Shown here: piece after piece, positions 62,263-64,000 of the stretch
Layout: each line of letters begins with the position of its first letter
Position numbering within the stretch: position 1 is the first letter of the stretch
NCBI GenBank assembly: GCA_046290225.1
Contig: JBKAGE010000034.1
Span: 288,001-352,000, forward strand
DNA: 64,000 nt
Direction: 5' to 3'
Origin: Bradymonadia bacterium
GTDB taxonomy: Bacteria; Myxococcota_A; Bradymonadia; UBA7976; UBA1532
Translations under genes and position numbers: made by a program
The notes under the pieces: generated by a model
Databases searched by the model: none
What the model saw: the letters and a program-made list of their open reading frames with translations, nothing else
What the model was told of the DNA's origin: nothing

Positions 62263-64000
62263 GTGACCAAGACACACGACGACGCACCCGATCAGGGTGG
62301 CGCCTCCACAGGCGCCCTCGACAGCACCAGCTTGCTCGCCCAGGCGGTGGAGCACACTCGGGCGCGGTTCGAGCAGGAGAAGTCCCTGCTCAGCTTCGAT
62401 GACTACCTCGCCATGGTGGCCCGCGATCCCGTGCCCCAGACCCGGGACACGGCCCGGTACATCCGGGACTGCTTCCTCTTCTACGGCACTGACGAGATCT
62501 CGAGGCCGTACGGGCAATTCACGCGTTATCGTCTGTTCGACTGCCCCTTCGACAACGGCCGCGATCCGCTCATCGGCCAGGAAGGCGTGCAGCAGCAGGT
62601 CTTCGGCCTGCTGAGCGACTTCGTCAACGATGGCCGCGCCCAGAAGCTCATCCTGCTCCACGGCCCCAACGGCAGCGCCAAGAGCAGCTTCGTGCGGTGC
62701 CTCATGCGGGCCCTCGAGCACTACAGTCAGCAGCCCGAGGGCGCCCTCTACACCTTCAACTGGGTCTTCCCTACCAACAAGGTGTCCAAGGGTGGCATCG
62801 GCTTCTCCGGCGGCAGCGCAGGCCCCGATCTGGCCACCTACGCCAACCTCGGCGAGTTGGAGATCGACGCCCGGCTCACCAACGAGCTGCGAGATCACCC
62901 GCTGCTGCTGCTGCCCAAGGCAGAGCGTCGCGTGCTGCTCGACGCCCTCTACGCCAACACCGGCGCTCGCCCACCGCTCAGCCTTTACGATGGTGAGCTC
63001 AGCCCCAAGGCCCGGACCATCTTCCAGGCCCTGCTCAAGGCCTACCACGGCGACCTCTCCGAGGTCCTCAAGCACGTTCAGGTGGAGCGTTTCTACGTCT
63101 CCCGGCGCTACCGCACCGGCGCGGTGACCGTGAATCCCCAGCTCCGCGTCGACGCCTCCATGCGTCAGCTCACGGCGGATCGCAACCTCGCCTCGTTGCC
63201 CCCGAGCCTGCAGAACCTCAGCCTGTTCGAGGCCATGGGCGACCTGGTGGACGCCAACCGCGGCATGATCGAGTTCAATGATCTGCTCAAGCGGTCTCCA
63301 GAGGCCTTCAAGTACCTGTTGTCCACCTGTGAAGACGGCCGGGTCAGCCTCGACCTGATGACCTTCCAGATGGACGCGGTCTTCATCGGCAGCACCAACG
63401 AGAAGTACCTCAACGCCTTCAAGGAGACGCCGGACTTCTCGAGCTTCAAGGCCCGCATCGAGCTGATCCAGGTGCCCTACCTTCGAGACTACACGCTCGA
63501 GGCCCGCATCTACGCCGATCAGGTGGACCCGGAGCGCATTGATCGGCCGGTGGCACCCCACACAGATCAGGTCATGGCCTTGTGGGCGGTGCTCACGCGG
63601 TTGCAGCCCCCTGCAGGGGTCGATCTGCCCAAGAACGTTCAAGACGTGGTGCAGAAGCTCACGCCGCTCCAGAAGGCCCGCCTGTACGCCTCGGGCTTCA
63701 TGCCCAGCGGCCTGCCCCGCGACGTGTCCAACGCTCTGCGGAGCGGCACCCCGAGCCTGTACCGGGAGACCCTGAACCACCCCTTCTACGAAGGCCGGTT
63801 CGGCGCCAGCCCCCGGGAGCTGCGTGCGGCCCTGCTCAGCGCCAGCAGGCGCTCGGGCTATCGCTCGCTCACCCCCATGGCGGTCTTCGAAGAGCTCGAG
63901 GCGCTGTGCACCCAGACCTCGGTGTACGAGTTCCTGCGGCTCGAGTCGGAGCGCGAATACCGCGCCCCTAAGGAGGCCATCGCCACCGTGCGTCAGTGGT
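62263..64000 (+). CDS. prkA: PrkA/YeaG-family AAA+ serine protein kinase; runs off the window end
   Basis: Not in the ORF track because there is no stop. From GTG 62263 (GAGGA SD): LLSFDDYL, LILLHGPNGSAKSS, DHPLLLLP, GDLVDANRGMIEFNDLLKR, FKARIELIQVPYL. Confidence 0.9.
   Translation, partial: MTKTHDDAPDQGGASTGALDSTSLLAQAVEHTRARFEQEKSLLSFDDYLAMVARDPVPQTRDTARYIRDCFLFYGTDEISRPYGQFTRYRLFDCPFDNGRDPLIGQEGVQQQVFGLLSDFVNDGRAQKLILLHGPNGSAKSSFVRCLMRALEHYSQQPEGALYTFNWVFPTNKVSKGGIGFSGGSAGPDLATYANLGELEIDARLTNELRDHPLLLLPKAERRVLLDALYANTGARPPLSLYDGELSPKARTIFQALLKAYHGDLSEVLKHVQVERFYVSRRYRTGAVTVNPQLRVDASMRQLTADRNLASLPPSLQNLSLFEAMGDLVDANRGMIEFNDLLKRSPEAFKYLLSTCEDGRVSLDLMTFQMDAVFIGSTNEKYLNAFKETPDFSSFKARIELIQVPYLRDYTLEARIYADQVDPERIDRPVAPHTDQVMALWAVLTRLQPPAGVDLPKNVQDVVQKLTPLQKARLYASGFMPSGLPRDVSNALRSGTPSLYRETLNHPFYEGRFGASPRELRAALLSASRRSGYRSLTPMAVFEELEALCTQTSVYEFLRLESEREYRAPKEAIATVRQW

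Noticed and set aside
61558..63780. 740-aa minus-strand ORF
   Set aside because: Shadow of the plus-strand lipoprotein and prkA genes.

Overview
GC-rich (roughly two-thirds GC by eye) bacterial chromosomal segment. The gene content suggests a Myxococcota/deltaproteobacterial lineage (inference): a giant TPR protein, Hanks kinases, PEGA and AgmX/PglI-type domains, an ECF-FecR trio and a spirochete/delta-type EF-G. It holds about 47 protein-coding genes. I found no tRNA, rRNA, CRISPR array, integrase or transposase. Left to right: a TRAP transporter with a TatT-like lipoprotein (dctM runs off the left edge); a 2.1-kaa TPR protein; a small NPC-repeat lipoprotein; a PEGA protein; a tightly linked Ser/Thr kinase - atypical REC-GGDEF - 7-heme cytochrome c cluster; the core block rimP-nusA-ylxR/L7Ae-infB-rbfA-truB-rpsO-pnp-dut; sucCD; an orphan histidine kinase; HEAT, NUDIX and MltD genes; an orphan FliN with two CheY-P-binding-like motifs; several apparently catalytically dead enzyme homologs; a stand-alone fusA with a downstream RecA-like ATPase; rsgA; a tRNA methyltransferase; a TPR/DUF3857/transglutaminase lipoprotein; an ECF sigma/FecR module; an unknown wHTH/Cys-cluster protein coupled to a metallophosphoesterase; a second Ser/Thr kinase; and prkA (runs off the right edge). 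The best candidates for undescribed biology are the kinase-DGC-multiheme cytochrome module, the double-motif orphan FliN, the wHTH/Cys4 + phosphoesterase pair, a lysine-less tandem biotinyl/lipoyl-like protein, a structured rpsO leader, an intergenic 4x15-bp repeat and several apparently leaderless genes. All calls come from reading motifs by eye; no database searches were run.
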